Under the pieces are notes generated by a model. That model saw nothing but the letters and a program-made list of their open reading frames with translations, did not search any database and had not been told where the DNA came from. The position numbers and the translations under genes are program-made. Source: Escherichia phage vB_EcoM_KAW3E185. From it: a DNA stretch of 64,000 nt. The number at the start of each line of letters is the position of its first letter. Within the stretch, counting starts at the first letter, position 1. The stretch lies in sequence record MK373782.1. One strand, 5' to 3'. Of this stretch, positions 1-12,712 are shown piece by piece.

Positions 1-411
1 AACCCGGGTCTTTTCAAACACCAGGTCAACAATCAGGAGCCCAAGGAAGGTGATTTAATATACTTCCCAATGGACAACAGTTTGTTTGAGATTAACTGGG
101 TTGAACCATATGACCCATTCTATCAAGTAGGTAAAAATGCGATTCGTAAAATTACTGCAGGCAAGTTTATTTACTCTGGCGAAGAAATCAATCCGGTGCT
201 TCAGAAAAATGAAGGTATCAATATACCTGAATTTAGTGACTTGGAACTTAACCCTGTTAGAAATCTTGACGGTATCCATGACATTAATATCGATGAATAT
301 TCTGAAGTTGAGCAAATCAATTCAGAGGCAAGTGAATACGTTGAGCCGTATGTAGTAGTTAACAACCGTGGTAGACAAAATTCACCATTTGACGATGGGT
401 TTATGAATTAA
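1..411 (+). CDS. 14: Neck protein gp14, C-terminal fragment (frame open to window start)
   Basis: Reading frame open from nt 1 to stop at 411; lies immediately upstream of gp15/16/17 in the conserved T4 order. Confidence 0.55.
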   Translation, partial: NPGLFKHQVNNQEPKEGDLIYFPMDNSLFEINWVEPYDPFYQVGKNAIRKITAGKFIYSGEEINPVLQKNEGINIPEFSDLELNPVRNLDGIHDINIDEYSEVEQINSEASEYVEPYVVVNNRGRQNSPFDDGFMN

Positions 412-460
412 TAAATAGATAAGATAAAGCAAACACCGGTCGAAAGGCCGGTTAGGAGAA

Positions 461-1285
461 ATGATGTTTGGCTATTTTTACAACTCGTCGTTCAGGCGAT
501 ATATCACAATGATGGGCGATTTGTTTTCAAATATCCAAGTTAACCGTCAATTGTCTACAGGCAATAAATTAATTAGAGTTCCTATTACGTATGCATCTAA
601 AGAGCACTTTATGATGAAACTTAATAAATGGACCTCTATAAACTCACAAGAAGATGTGGCTAAAGTCGAAACTATTCTACCACGTATAAATCTCCAAATG
701 GTAGATTTCGTTTATAACCCAACGTTTAAAACGAATATATTGAATAACTCTCTTTTGAGTAAATCGACTAAGGATATTGTAGACCAATACAACCCATCAC
801 CAATTAAAATGATTTTTGAACTGAGCATCTTTACTCGTTATGAAGATGATATGTTCCAAATCGTTGAGCAAATTATTCCATATTTTCAGCCGCATTTTAA
901 TACGACTATGATTGAGCAATATGGGCAGGATATTCCATTTGAAAGGGATATTAAAGTCGTATGGATGGCAGCAGCAATGGATGAACAAATAGACGGTGAT
1001 AATTTATCCCGTCGACGTTTAGAGTGGTCATTAACATTTGAAGTAAATGGATGGATGTATCCTCCGGTAGGCGCAGCTGAAGGCCTTATTAAAACGACTT
1101 ATCTTGATTTTCATGCTAACGAACGAGACCTTCAAACAGCCGCCAGTGTTTTTGAATCAGTTGATACAGAAATTAAACCGAGAGACGTTGAAGCACAAGA
1201 TTGGAATGGCGAAGTTGAACAAACTTATACTCATGATATTCCAATCCCGACTCCACCAACCCCTCCTGGTCCTAGAAAACAATAA
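461..1285 (+). CDS. 15: Tail sheath stabiliser / tail completion protein gp15
   Basis: 274 aa, SD aggag 5 nt upstream; size and position (14-15-16-17) match T4 gp15. Confidence 0.8.
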   Translation: MMFGYFYNSSFRRYITMMGDLFSNIQVNRQLSTGNKLIRVPITYASKEHFMMKLNKWTSINSQEDVAKVETILPRINLQMVDFVYNPTFKTNILNNSLLSKSTKDIVDQYNPSPIKMIFELSIFTRYEDDMFQIVEQIIPYFQPHFNTTMIEQYGQDIPFERDIKVVWMAAAMDEQIDGDNLSRRRLEWSLTFEVNGWMYPPVGAAEGLIKTTYLDFHANERDLQTAASVFESVDTEIKPRDVEAQDWNGEVEQTYTHDIPIPTPPTPPGPRKQ

Positions 1286-3611
<2,326 letters not shown>

Positions 3612-3638
3612 AAATAAAGCAAATTAAGAGGAATTAAA

Positions 3639-5621
3639 ATGTCACTTCTCTCTCCGGGCGTTGAGCTCAAAGAAACTACCGTACAGAGTACTGTAGTTAA
3701 TAACTCCACTGGTACTGCTGCCCTGGCTGGAAAATTCCAATGGGGACCTGCATTCCAGATTAAACAAATCACTGATGAAGTTGCATTAGTTGATATGTTT
3801 GGTACTCCTAATACGGATACAGCAGATTATTTCATGTCTGCTATGAACTTCCTTCAATATGGTAATGACCTTCGTGTTGTACGCGCAGTTGACCGTGATA
3901 CTGCTAAGAACTCATCTCCTGTAGCGGGCAATATTGAATTCACAATCTCTGCTGCTGGTAGTAACTATGCAGTTGGTGATAAAATTATCGTTAAGTATTT
4001 GACCGAAACTGTTGAAGCAGATGGTTATGTCACTTCAGTTGATGTCGATGGTAAAATTCTTAACATTTATATCCCAACCGGTAAAATTATTGCTCGTGCA
4101 AAAGAAATTAATGAATATCCGGCATTGGGTTCTAACTGGACCGCCGAAGTTGCCAGTTCTTCTTCTGGACTCTCTGGCGTTATTACAATTGGTTCTATCG
4201 TAACCGATTCGGGTATTCTGTTAACTGAAGTTGAAACTTCTGAAGAAGCTATTACTTCTCTAACTTTCCAAGAATCTATTAAAAAATATGGTGTCCCAGG
4301 CGTAGTTGCTCTTTATCCTGGTGAACTTGGCGACCAGCTCGAAATTGAAATCGTATCTAAAGCAGACTACGACAAAGGTGCTTCAGCCCAGTTAAAAATT
4401 TATCCTGATGGTGGTACTCGTGCATCTACTGCTAAAGCAATCTTTGGGTATGGCCCACAAACTGATGACCAATATGCAATTATCGTTCGTCGTAACGATG
4501 CTGTAGTTCAGAGCGTAGTTCTTTCTACTAAACGTGGTGAACGCGATATTTATGGTAGTAATATCTTTATTGATGATTTCTTTGCTAAAGGCGCAAGCAA
4601 TTATATTTTCGCTACTGCACAAGGTTGGCCAAAAGGTTTCTCTGGCGTAATCAAACTGGGCGGTGGTTTATCATCTAATGAAACGGTTGACGCTGGTGAT
4701 TTAATGGAAGCTTGGGATTTGTTTGCTGACCGCGAATCTGTTAATGCGCAGTTGTTTATTGCCGGTTCTTGTGCAGGTGAATCTTTAGAAGTTGCTTCTA
4801 CAGTTCAGAAACATGTTGTAGCAATTGGTGATTCTCGCCAAGATTGCTTGGTTCTTTGCTCACCGCCACGTGCAACTATAGTCGGTATTCCTGTTAATCG
4901 TGCAGTTGATAATCTGGTTGATTGGCGTACTGCATCAGGATCTTACACTGATAATAACTTTAATGTAAGTTCTACTTATGCTGCTATTGACGGTAACTAT
5001 AAATATCAATACGACAAATATAACGATGTGAATCGTTGGGTTCCGTTAGCTGCTGATATTGCCGGTCTTTGTGCTCGCACAGACAATATTTCTCAGCCTT
5101 GGATGTCTCCGGCCGGTTATAACCGTGGACAAATTCTTAACGTTATTAAGCTTGCAATTGAAACTCGTCAACCACAACGTGATCGTTTGTATCAGGAAGC
5201 TATTAACCCTGTTACTGGTACCGGTGGTGATGGATATGTTCTGTATGGTGATAAAACTGCCACTTCCGTTCCTTCACCATTTGACCGTATTAACGTTCGT
5301 CGTTTGTTCAATATGGTTAAAACGAACATTGGTTCAGCATCTAAATATCGCCTGTTTGAATTGAACAACGCATTTACCCGTTCTTCTTTCCGTACAGAGA
5401 CTTCTCAATATCTACAGGGTATTAAAGCTCTCGGTGGTGTATATAACTTTAAAGTTGTTTGTGATACTACCAATAACACCCCAGCAGTTATCGACCGTAA
5501 TGAATTTGTAGCTACTTTCTACTTACAACCTGCCCGCTCGATAAATTATATTACGTTGAACTTTGTAGCAACAGCAACTGGTGCCGATTTCGACGAACTG
5601 ATTGGTGCTGTAGGTGGTTAA
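3639..5621 (+). CDS. 18: Tail sheath protein gp18
   Basis: 660 aa, late promoter TATAAATA upstream, conserved order. Confidence 0.9.
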   Translation: MSLLSPGVELKETTVQSTVVNNSTGTAALAGKFQWGPAFQIKQITDEVALVDMFGTPNTDTADYFMSAMNFLQYGNDLRVVRAVDRDTAKNSSPVAGNIEFTISAAGSNYAVGDKIIVKYLTETVEADGYVTSVDVDGKILNIYIPTGKIIARAKEINEYPALGSNWTAEVASSSSGLSGVITIGSIVTDSGILLTEVETSEEAITSLTFQESIKKYGVPGVVALYPGELGDQLEIEIVSKADYDKGASAQLKIYPDGGTRASTAKAIFGYGPQTDDQYAIIVRRNDAVVQSVVLSTKRGERDIYGSNIFIDDFFAKGASNYIFATAQGWPKGFSGVIKLGGGLSSNETVDAGDLMEAWDLFADRESVNAQLFIAGSCAGESLEVASTVQKHVVAIGDSRQDCLVLCSPPRATIVGIPVNRAVDNLVDWRTASGSYTDNNFNVSSTYAAIDGNYKYQYDKYNDVNRWVPLAADIAGLCARTDNISQPWMSPAGYNRGQILNVIKLAIETRQPQRDRLYQEAINPVTGTGGDGYVLYGDKTATSVPSPFDRINVRRLFNMVKTNIGSASKYRLFELNNAFTRSSFRTETSQYLQGIKALGGVYNFKVVCDTTNNTPAVIDRNEFVATFYLQPARSINYITLNFVATATGADFDELIGAVGG

Positions 5622-5634
5622 TAAGACGCCTGAT

Positions 5635-5652
5635 GGGCTACCGAAATAGCCC
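5635..5652 (+). terminator. Stem-loop after gene 18 (gggcta-ccgaaa-tagccc)
   Basis: 6-bp GC-rich stem immediately before gene 19 promoter. Confidence 0.45.
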
Positions 5653-5653
5653 A

Positions 5654-5661
5654 TATAAATA
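5654..5661 (+). promoter_or_regulatory. Late promoter TATAAATA (gene 19)
   Basis: Exact consensus directly after gene 18 terminator hairpin. Confidence 0.6.
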
Positions 5662-5733
5662 TACTATATCGTTTAAAAATTAATTCTATGGGCATCCGGT
5701 TAATCCTAAGCCCATATTACTACAGAGGCTAAT

Positions 5734-6225
5734 ATGTTTGTAGATGACGTAACTCGCGCCTTCGAATCTGGTGATTTCGCTCGCCCTAACCTGTTCGAAG
5801 TAGAAATCTCTTATCTTGGGCAAAACTTTAGCTTCCAGTGTCGTGCTACGGCTCTTCCTGCTGCAATCGTTGAAAAGGTTCCTGTTTCTTATATGAACCG
5901 TAAAATTAACGTGGCCGGTGATCGTACATTCGATGATTGGACTATTACAGTAATGAACGACGATGCTCATAGTATTCGTCAGAAATTTGTTGATTGGCAA
6001 GGTATTGCAGCAGGACAAGGTAATGAAATTACCGGTGGTAAACCTGCTGAATATAAAAAGACTGCTATCGTTCGTCAATTTGCTCGTGATGCTAAAACGG
6101 TCACTAAAGAAGTTGAAATTGTCGGCTTGTGGCCTACTAACGTTGGTGAAGTATCTCTTGATTGGGATTCGAATAACGAGATTGAAACGTTCGAAGTAAC
6201 TCTTGCTCTTGATTGGTGGGAATAA
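5734..6225 (+). CDS. 19: Tail tube protein gp19
   Basis: 163 aa, own late promoter, conserved order. Confidence 0.9.
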   Translation: MFVDDVTRAFESGDFARPNLFEVEISYLGQNFSFQCRATALPAAIVEKVPVSYMNRKINVAGDRTFDDWTITVMNDDAHSIRQKFVDWQGIAAGQGNEITGGKPAEYKKTAIVRQFARDAKTVTKEVEIVGLWPTNVGEVSLDWDSNNEIETFEVTLALDWWE

Positions 6226-6232
6226 TCCGGTT

Positions 6233-6247
6233 GGGGAGAAATCCCCA
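6233..6247 (+). terminator. Stem-loop after gene 19
   Basis: tgggg-agaat-cccca. Confidence 0.35.
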
Positions 6248-6273
6248 GCTTCCCGTGATGACGGAGAAGTCCA

Positions 6274-6281
6274 TATAAATA
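6274..6281 (+). promoter_or_regulatory. Late promoter TATAAATA (gene 20)
   Basis: Exact consensus ~29 nt upstream of ATG. Confidence 0.6.
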
Positions 6282-6309
6282 TAACTATAATTCCCATTCG
6301 GAGAATACA

Positions 6310-7881
6310 ATGAAATTTAATATCTTAAGTTTGTTTGCTCCATGGGCAAAAATGGACGAACGTGATTACAAAGACCAAGAAAAAGAAAATTTAGAATCGA
6401 TCACCACACCAAAATTAGACGACGGTGCGAAAGAATACGAAGTATCTGAAAATGAAGCACAGCAAACATATAATGCTATGTTTCAGAGAATGTTCGGTAG
6501 CCAAGAACCAGGGCTCAAATCAACGCGTGAATTAATCGATACGTATCGAAATTTGATGACGAACTATGAAGTGGATAATGCAGTCTCTGAAATAGTTTCC
6601 GATGCTATCGTATATGAAGATGATACAGAAGTCGTTTCTATAAATTTAGACAACACAAAATTTAGTCCAAATATCAAATCAATGATGTTGGATGAATTTA
6701 ACGAAGTGTTAAATCATTTATCTTTCCAACGTAAAGGTTCAGACCATTTTAGACGTTGGTACGTAGATTCTCGAATTTTCTTCCATAAAATTATTGACCC
6801 TAAACGCCCTAAAGAAGGTATTAAAGAGCTTCGTCGTTTAGACCCACGTCAAGTTCAATATGTCCGTGAAGTTATTACAACCACTGAAGCCGGTGTTAAA
6901 ATAGTCAAGGGTTATAAAGAATATTTCATTTATGACACATCACACGAATCTTATGCTTGTGATGGTCGCATATATGAAGCTGGCACAAAAATAAAAATCC
7001 CTAAAGCCGCGATTGTTTATGCCCATTCTGGTTTAGTTGATTGTTGTGGTAAAAATATCATCGGTTATTTGCATCGGGCTATTAAGCCGGCGAACCAATT
7101 AAAACTTCTTGAAGATGCCGTCGTAATTTATCGTATTACTCGTGCTCCCGATCGTCGTGTATGGTACGTTGATACAGGTAATATGCCTTCAAGAAAAGCA
7201 GCAGAACATATGCAACATGTTATGAATACGATGAAAAACCGTATTGCATATGATGCTACTACAGGCAAGATTAAAAACCAGCAGCATATTATGTCGATGA
7301 CCGAAGATTATTGGTTACAACGACGTGATGGTAAAGCAGTAACAGAAGTTGATACATTACCGGGTGCAGATAATACCGGAAATATGGAAGATGTACGTTG
7401 GTTCCGTAATGCGCTTTATATGGCTTTACGTATTCCTATTACCCGTATTCCAAGCGACCAAGGTGGTATACAGTTTGATGCTGGTACTTCTATTACACGA
7501 GATGAATTGTCATTTGGTAAATTTATTCGTGAGCTGCAACATAAATTTGAAGAGATATTCCTAGACCCGCTTAAAACTAATTTAATTCTTAAAGGAATTA
7601 TTACAGAAGATGAGTGGAATGATGAAATAAATAATATTAAGATAAAATTTCATCGGGACAGTTATTTCTCGGAATTAAAGGATGCTGAGATTCTGGAGCG
7701 TCGTATTAATATGCTTCAGATGGCCGAACCATTTATTGGTAAATATATTTCTCACAGAACAGCTATGAAAGATATTCTTCAGATGTCTGACGAGGAAATT
7801 GAACAAGAGGCTAAGCAAATTGAAGAAGAGTCGAAAGAGGCTCGTTTCCAAGACCCCGACCAAGAACAAGAGGATTTTTAA
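6310..7881 (+). CDS. 20: Portal vertex protein gp20
   Basis: 523 aa, late promoter upstream, conserved order. Confidence 0.9.
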   Translation: MKFNILSLFAPWAKMDERDYKDQEKENLESITTPKLDDGAKEYEVSENEAQQTYNAMFQRMFGSQEPGLKSTRELIDTYRNLMTNYEVDNAVSEIVSDAIVYEDDTEVVSINLDNTKFSPNIKSMMLDEFNEVLNHLSFQRKGSDHFRRWYVDSRIFFHKIIDPKRPKEGIKELRRLDPRQVQYVREVITTTEAGVKIVKGYKEYFIYDTSHESYACDGRIYEAGTKIKIPKAAIVYAHSGLVDCCGKNIIGYLHRAIKPANQLKLLEDAVVIYRITRAPDRRVWYVDTGNMPSRKAAEHMQHVMNTMKNRIAYDATTGKIKNQQHIMSMTEDYWLQRRDGKAVTEVDTLPGADNTGNMEDVRWFRNALYMALRIPITRIPSDQGGIQFDAGTSITRDELSFGKFIRELQHKFEEIFLDPLKTNLILKGIITEDEWNDEINNIKIKFHRDSYFSELKDAEILERRINMLQMAEPFIGKYISHRTAMKDILQMSDEEIEQEAKQIEEESKEARFQDPDQEQEDF

Positions 7882-8117
7882 TGGACGATTTAATTCAAGC
7901 TATTAAATCAAACGACCTCGTTGCTACTCGAAAGTTTTTTGAAAGTGCAATGGCAGAAAAAGCGGTTCGTTTGATTGAAGCGCGTAAAGCAGAAATCGCT
8001 TCTCAATTTTTGATTGAAGGCGAAGAACCTGAAGAAGAAAAGAAAGCTAAAGCTTCGGAAGACGACGCTGATGAAGGCGATGACGACGAAGACGAAGATG
8101 ATGAGGACGATGAATAA
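7881..8117 (+). CDS. 67: Prohead core protein gp67 with poly-acidic C-terminus
   Basis: 78 aa ending [18 protein letters not shown]; ATGA-type overlap with gene 20 stop. Confidence 0.75.
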   Translation: MDDLIQAIKSNDLVATRKFFESAMAEKAVRLIEARKAEIASQFLIEGEEPEEEKKAKASEDDADEGDDDEDEDDEDDE

Positions 8118-8542
8118 TGTATCTTATCCCTGAATCTTATGAATTGGTACTCGAAAATGTCGAAGCACTTATTCCTGAAGCACAGGGCCGAATCGATGCA
8201 TTGTCTTCTGCTCTCGATATTGACGATATAAATACTATTATCGAGAACATGCTTGAAACTGAAACGGATTTAGCTGTTGCAATGGCTTCCATTATTAATG
8301 AAGAACAGTTAAATGAGTTTATCGTTAAACATGTTTCTTCTCGTGGTGAAGTCACCCGCACTAAAGACCGTAAAACTCGTGAACGTAACGCGTTCCAAAC
8401 CACTGGTCTTTCTAAAGCAAAACGTAGACAAATCGCTCGTAAGGTCGTTAAAGCTAAAAAAGCTAACCCTTCAGGCCAAGTTAAAGGCTTGCGTAAGCGT
8501 AAAAAGGCTCTTAAACGTCGTAAAGCATTAGGATTAAGCTAA
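8117..8542 (+). CDS. 68: Prohead core protein gp68
   Basis: 141 aa, basic C-terminus, position between 67 and 21. Confidence 0.7.
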   Translation: MYLIPESYELVLENVEALIPEAQGRIDALSSALDIDDINTIIENMLETETDLAVAMASIINEEQLNEFIVKHVSSRGEVTRTKDRKTRERNAFQTTGLSKAKRRQIARKVVKAKKANPSGQVKGLRKRKKALKRRKALGLS

Positions 8543-9189
8543 TGAATAAACCCGAGTTACTTATTGAAACTTGGGGTCAACCCGGTGAGATTATTGATGG
8601 CGTTCCAATGTTGGAATCTCATGATGGAAAAGATTCTGGCTTAAAACCAGGGCTTTATATAGAAGGTATTTTTCTTCAGGCAGAGGTTGTTAACCGAAAT
8701 AAACGTTTATATCCTAAACGCGTTTTGGAAAAAGCAGTAAGTGACTATATTAAAGAACAAGTCGCAACCAAACAAGCCCTTGGAGAATTAAACCATCCAC
8801 CTCGTGCAAATGTTGACCCTATGCAAGCCGCTATCATTATTGAAGATATGTGGTGGAAAGGAAACGATGTATATGGACGTGCTAGAATTATTGAAGGCGA
8901 CCATGGTCCCGGCGATAAATTAGCTGCTAATATACGAGCTGGTTGGATTCCAGGTGTTTCCTCTCGTGGTCTTGGTTCTTTAACCGACACCAATAAAGGG
9001 TACCGTATCGTGAACGAAGGATTTAAATTAACCGTCGGCGTAGATGCCGTATGGGGACCTTCTGCTCCAGATGCTTGGGTTACTCCTAAACAAATATCAG
9101 AATCAGAATCAGAAAATTCGGTGGAAATCACCAAAAACAGTGCTGACGAAGCATTTAAAGCTCTCGCAGAGAGTTTAAAAGCATTATAA
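8542..9189 (+). CDS. 21: Prohead core scaffold protein and protease gp21
   Basis: 215 aa; size/position as T4 gp21. Confidence 0.85.
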   Translation: MNKPELLIETWGQPGEIIDGVPMLESHDGKDSGLKPGLYIEGIFLQAEVVNRNKRLYPKRVLEKAVSDYIKEQVATKQALGELNHPPRANVDPMQAAIIIEDMWWKGNDVYGRARIIEGDHGPGDKLAANIRAGWIPGVSSRGLGSLTDTNKGYRIVNEGFKLTVGVDAVWGPSAPDAWVTPKQISESESENSVEITKNSADEAFKALAESLKAL

Positions 9190-9192
9190 ATA
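9185..9192 (+). promoter_or_regulatory. Late promoter TATAAATA (gene 22)
   Basis: Exact consensus ~31 nt upstream of ATG. Confidence 0.6.
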
Positions 9193-9222
9193 ATAATGTA
9201 ATCTAAACCACAGGACACTAAA

Positions 9223-10035
9223 ATGATCAAAGAACAACTTTTGAAAGAAGCTCAGAACATCGAGACTTCAGTTGCTCTTAATAGTGTTTTCGAATCAGTA
9301 GAACTGTCTCCGGACGTTAAAGCTAATTTCAGCACTGTATTCGAAGCCACCGTTAAGCAGGAAGCAGTCAAACTGGCTGAATCTCATATCAAAGCCATCG
9401 CCGAAAAGGCTGAAGAAGAAGTTGAAAAGGCCAAAGAAGATGCTGAAGAGAAAGCTGATAAAAAATTGGCTGAACAAGCTTCTAAATTCCTAGACCATCT
9501 TGCAAAAGAATGGCTCGCAGAAAACCAAATCGCAGTTGATAAAGGCATTAAAGCTGATTTGTTCGAATCCATGCTTGGTGGTCTGAAAGAACTGTTTGTT
9601 GAACATAACGTTGTTGTTCCAGAAGAATCTGTAGATGTTGTAGCAGAAATGGAAGAAGAGCTGGCCGAACATAAAGAAGAAACCGCTCGTTTGTTCGAAG
9701 AAGTTACCAAACGTGATGCATATATCAATTACGTTCAGCGTGAAACCGCTATTAATGAAAGCGTAAAAGACCTGACTGAATCTCAGAAAGAAAAAGTTAT
9801 TGGCCTGGTTGAAGGTATGGATTATTCTGACGCATTTGGTACTAAGTTAACTGCTATTGTAGAAATGGTTAAAGGTTCTACTAAAGAAGAAGCCGCTATT
9901 ACCGAAAGTATAAATACAGTTGACAATGACGCTGCCGGTCTTAATTTTGTTGCCGAAGCAGTTGACACTACCACAACTCAGGTAGAACAGAATTCTAATG
10001 TAAGTTTATATGCGAAAGTCGCATCTCGTTTCTAA
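9223..10035 (+). CDS. 22: Prohead scaffolding core protein gp22
   Basis: 270 aa, highly acidic/alpha-helical composition, late promoter upstream. Confidence 0.85.
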   Translation: MIKEQLLKEAQNIETSVALNSVFESVELSPDVKANFSTVFEATVKQEAVKLAESHIKAIAEKAEEEVEKAKEDAEEKADKKLAEQASKFLDHLAKEWLAENQIAVDKGIKADLFESMLGGLKELFVEHNVVVPEESVDVVAEMEEELAEHKEETARLFEEVTKRDAYINYVQRETAINESVKDLTESQKEKVIGLVEGMDYSDAFGTKLTAIVEMVKGSTKEEAAITESINTVDNDAAGLNFVAEAVDTTTTQVEQNSNVSLYAKVASRF

Positions 10036-10052
10036 TTTAAAGGTTAACACAA

Positions 10053-11621
10053 ATGACTACTATCAAAACTAAAGCTCAGCTCGTAGACAAATGGAAAGAA
10101 CTGCTGGAAGGTGAAGGCCTGCCGGAAATCGCTAATAGCAAGCAGGCTATTATCGCTAAAATCTTCGAAAACCAGGAAAAAGATTTCGAAGTATCCCCTG
10201 AATATAAAGACGAGAAAATCGCTCAGGCATTTGGTTCTTTCTTGACCGAAGCTGAAATTGGTGGTGACCACGGTTATAATGCTCAGAACATCGCAGCAGG
10301 TCAAACCTCTGGTGCAGTAACCCAAATTGGGCCGGCAGTTATGGGTATGGTTCGTCGTGCTATTCCTAATCTGATCGCTTTTGATATTTGTGGTGTTCAG
10401 CCTATGAACAGCCCGACCGGTCAGGTATTTGCTCTCCGTGCAGTATATGGTAAAGACCCTATCGCTGCTGGCGCTAAAGAAGCTTTCCATCCGATGTATG
10501 CTCCAGATGCGATGTTCTCTGGTCAGGGTGCTGCTAAGAAATTCCCAGCTCTGGCTGCTGACACTACTACTGTTGTAGGTGATATCTATACTCACTTCTT
10601 CCAAGAAACTGGTACCGTATATCTGCAAGCTTCTGCTATCGTAACACTTGATTCTAGTGCAACTGATGCAGCTAAATTAGATGCAGAAGTTAAGAAACAA
10701 ATGGAAGCTGGTGCACTGGTAGAAATCGCTGAAGGTATGGCTACTTCTATCGCTGAACTCCAGGAAGGTTTCAACGGTTCTACCGATAACCCATGGAATG
10801 AAATGGGCTTCCGTATCGATAAACAAGTTATCGAAGCTAAATCTCGCCAGCTGAAAGCTGCTTACTCTATCGAATTAGCACAAGACCTCCGTGCAGTACA
10901 CGGTATGGATGCTGATGCTGAACTGAGCGGTATTCTGGCTACAGAAATTATGCTAGAAATCAACCGTGAAGTTGTTGATTGGATTAACTACTCTGCACAG
11001 GTTGGTAAATCTGGTATGACCCTGACTCCGGGTTCTAAAGCTGGTGTATTTGACTTCCAGGACCCGATTGATATCCGTGGTGCTCGTTGGGCCGGTGAAA
11101 GCTTTAAATCTCTGTTGTTCCAGATTGATAAAGAAGCAGTTGAAATTGCTCGTCAAACCGGTCGTGGTGAAGGTAACTTCATTATCGCTTCCCGTAACGT
11201 AGTTAACGTACTGGCTTCAGTTGATACTGGTATTTCTTACGCTGCACAGGGTCTGGCTTCTGGTTTTAATACCGACACTACTAAGTCTGTATTTGCCGGT
11301 GTACTTGGTGGTAAATACCGCGTATACATCGACCAGTATGCTAAACAGGATTACTTCACCGTTGGTTACAAAGGCGCTAACGAAATGGATGCAGGTATTT
11401 ACTATGCTCCTTACGTTGCACTTACCCCACTGCGTGGTTCCGATCCTAAGAACTTCCAGCCGGTAATGGGCTTTAAAACTCGTTACGGTATCGGTGTTAA
11501 CCCGTTTGCTGAAAGTTCCCTGCAGGCTCCAGGCGCTCGCATCCAGTCCGGTATGCCGTCTATCCTGAACAGCCTTGGTAAGAACGCTTACTTTAGACGC
11601 GTCTACGTTAAAGGAATTTAA
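10053..11621 (+). CDS. 23: Major capsid protein gp23
   Basis: 522 aa, T4 gp23 length and position, followed by strong terminator hairpin. Confidence 0.95.
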   Translation: MTTIKTKAQLVDKWKELLEGEGLPEIANSKQAIIAKIFENQEKDFEVSPEYKDEKIAQAFGSFLTEAEIGGDHGYNAQNIAAGQTSGAVTQIGPAVMGMVRRAIPNLIAFDICGVQPMNSPTGQVFALRAVYGKDPIAAGAKEAFHPMYAPDAMFSGQGAAKKFPALAADTTTVVGDIYTHFFQETGTVYLQASAIVTLDSSATDAAKLDAEVKKQMEAGALVEIAEGMATSIAELQEGFNGSTDNPWNEMGFRIDKQVIEAKSRQLKAAYSIELAQDLRAVHGMDADAELSGILATEIMLEINREVVDWINYSAQVGKSGMTLTPGSKAGVFDFQDPIDIRGARWAGESFKSLLFQIDKEAVEIARQTGRGEGNFIIASRNVVNVLASVDTGISYAAQGLASGFNTDTTKSVFAGVLGGKYRVYIDQYAKQDYFTVGYKGANEMDAGIYYAPYVALTPLRGSDPKNFQPVMGFKTRYGIGVNPFAESSLQAPGARIQSGMPSILNSLGKNAYFRRVYVKGI

Positions 11622-11651
11622 TGCTTTAACGTTAAAAATACATAACCTTAT

Positions 11652-11669
11652 GGGAGACTCCGGTCTCCC
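11652..11669. terminator. Bidirectional terminator hairpin GGGAGAC-UCCG-GUCUCCC between genes 23 and SegD-like gene
   Basis: 7-bp GC-rich stem, tetraloop, T-run downstream; between convergent genes. Confidence 0.65.
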
Positions 11670-11679
11670 ATTCTTGTTT

Positions 11680-12339
11680 CTATAGCTTAAAACAATCATC
11701 GCGTTCATTAATCCAATTTCTTATAGTTTTTGCGGATACGTTAAAGAATTCGGCAGCGTAATCGTAGTGGTTAAATTCATGACCTTTAATAGAAATATCC
11801 ACAAATACAAATTTCTTACCTTTATTAGAATTCTTTCTAATTTTTGCTTTATGCTCTTCTGATAGTTTTCTACCTTTAAGATGAGAATCTCTATTTTTAT
11901 AAAACTTTTTATTTGCTATAGATTTGTTTTCTCGATGTTCTTTAGATTCTTTAGAACCTAATTTCTTTTTAGATATTTTGGCCCGAACTTCTTCAGTCAT
12001 ACCAGCTTTTGTCTTTTCGGATAACATCTCACGATACCCAGGTTCCTGTAAAGCTACTATAACAGGATTACCCTTGCCGCCTAAGGCTGCATTATAAGTA
12101 TCTGTTCTCATGACAAAAGCCTCGTCAACTAGTTCGGCTTCCTTAGCATACATCTCTTCAGATGTTTCGAAATTGAAAAGGATTTCCTTTTTAAAATTCT
12201 CTAAGCCGTATTTCTTTATGGATTTTACTATGTTAACCCCGGAACCCATATAAGAATCGTTAACATCTGTAGTGGCATGGGCTCCAACATAAATCTTGTT
12301 ATTAATGAGATTGGTTATTTTGTAAATTAAATAATTCAT
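11680..12339 (-). CDS. Seg-type GIY-YIG homing endonuclease (SegD-like by position between 23 and 24)
   Basis: N-terminal GIY-YIG motif (YLIYKITNLINNKIYVGAH ... SYMGSG), lysine-rich NUMOD-like repeats, C-terminal HTH-like segment. Confidence 0.8.
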   Translation of the reverse strand: MNYLIYKITNLINNKIYVGAHATTDVNDSYMGSGVNIVKSIKKYGLENFKKEILFNFETSEEMYAKEAELVDEAFVMRTDTYNAALGGKGNPVIVALQEPGYREMLSEKTKAGMTEEVRAKISKKKLGSKESKEHRENKSIANKKFYKNRDSHLKGRKLSEEHKAKIRKNSNKGKKFVFVDISIKGHEFNHYDYAAEFFNVSAKTIRNWINERDDCFKL

Positions 12340-12342
12340 ATT

Positions 12343-12609
12343 TTACGCTGCTTTGACACGACGGTTGATGATATCACGGAAGTCAATACGATTTTCTTGG
12401 ATTTTCAGCCAGTTACCAGATTTGTCTTTGGTATGGGTAGAATATTCACCGTTCCACCAGAAGTCAGTTTCATAAGCCAGGGCTTCGTATTTCTTAACCA
12501 ATGCATTAACTGCATTACCGTTAGGATTGGTGCCAAATTTTTCTACCAGAGCTTTGATGTCTTTGTCAAGGTTAGAAAGTGTGGTACGGATAAAGTTTAA
12601 TTTGTTCAT
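12343..12609 (-). CDS. Hypothetical protein (88 aa), start moved to MNKLNF with SD ggagat
   Basis: ORF with perfect SD-spacer-ATG; own early-type promoter upstream; no recognisable motif. Confidence 0.5.
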   Translation of the reverse strand: MNKLNFIRTTLSNLDKDIKALVEKFGTNPNGNAVNALVKKYEALAYETDFWWNGEYSTHTKDKSGNWLKIQENRIDFRDIINRRVKAA

Positions 12610-12638
12610 TTTTAATCTCCTCATGTTTTGATAGGTCT

Positions 12639-12668
12639 ATATTAACACGACGCTTTTTGCGTGTAAAC
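12639..12668 (-). promoter_or_regulatory. Early-type promoter (GTTTAC -35, TAATAT -10)
   Basis: GTTTAC-N17/18-TAATAT upstream of 88-aa ORF. Confidence 0.45.
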
Positions 12669-12674
12669 CACTTT

Positions 12675-12682
12675 TATAAATA
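12675..12682 (+). promoter_or_regulatory. Late promoter TATAAATA (gene 24)
   Basis: Exact consensus ~31 nt upstream of ATG. Confidence 0.6.
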
Positions 12683-12712
12683 AAATTATATTCTCAATAA
12701 GGAAAAAATGCA

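Noticed and set aside
137-355. Plus-strand 72-aa ORF inside gene 14, and many similar antisense or out-of-frame ORFs in the track (e.g. 797-988, 2656-2874, 4012-4203, 9295-9728, 25117-25446, 57125-57392)
   Set aside because: Fully embedded in or antisense to long, well-supported structural genes; no SD, low-complexity translations; typical spurious ORFs in AT-rich DNA.
8040-8117. GA-rich low-complexity DNA (gaagacgaagatgatgaggacgatgaa)
   Set aside because: Encodes the poly-acidic C-terminal tail of the prohead core protein gp67, not a regulatory repeat.
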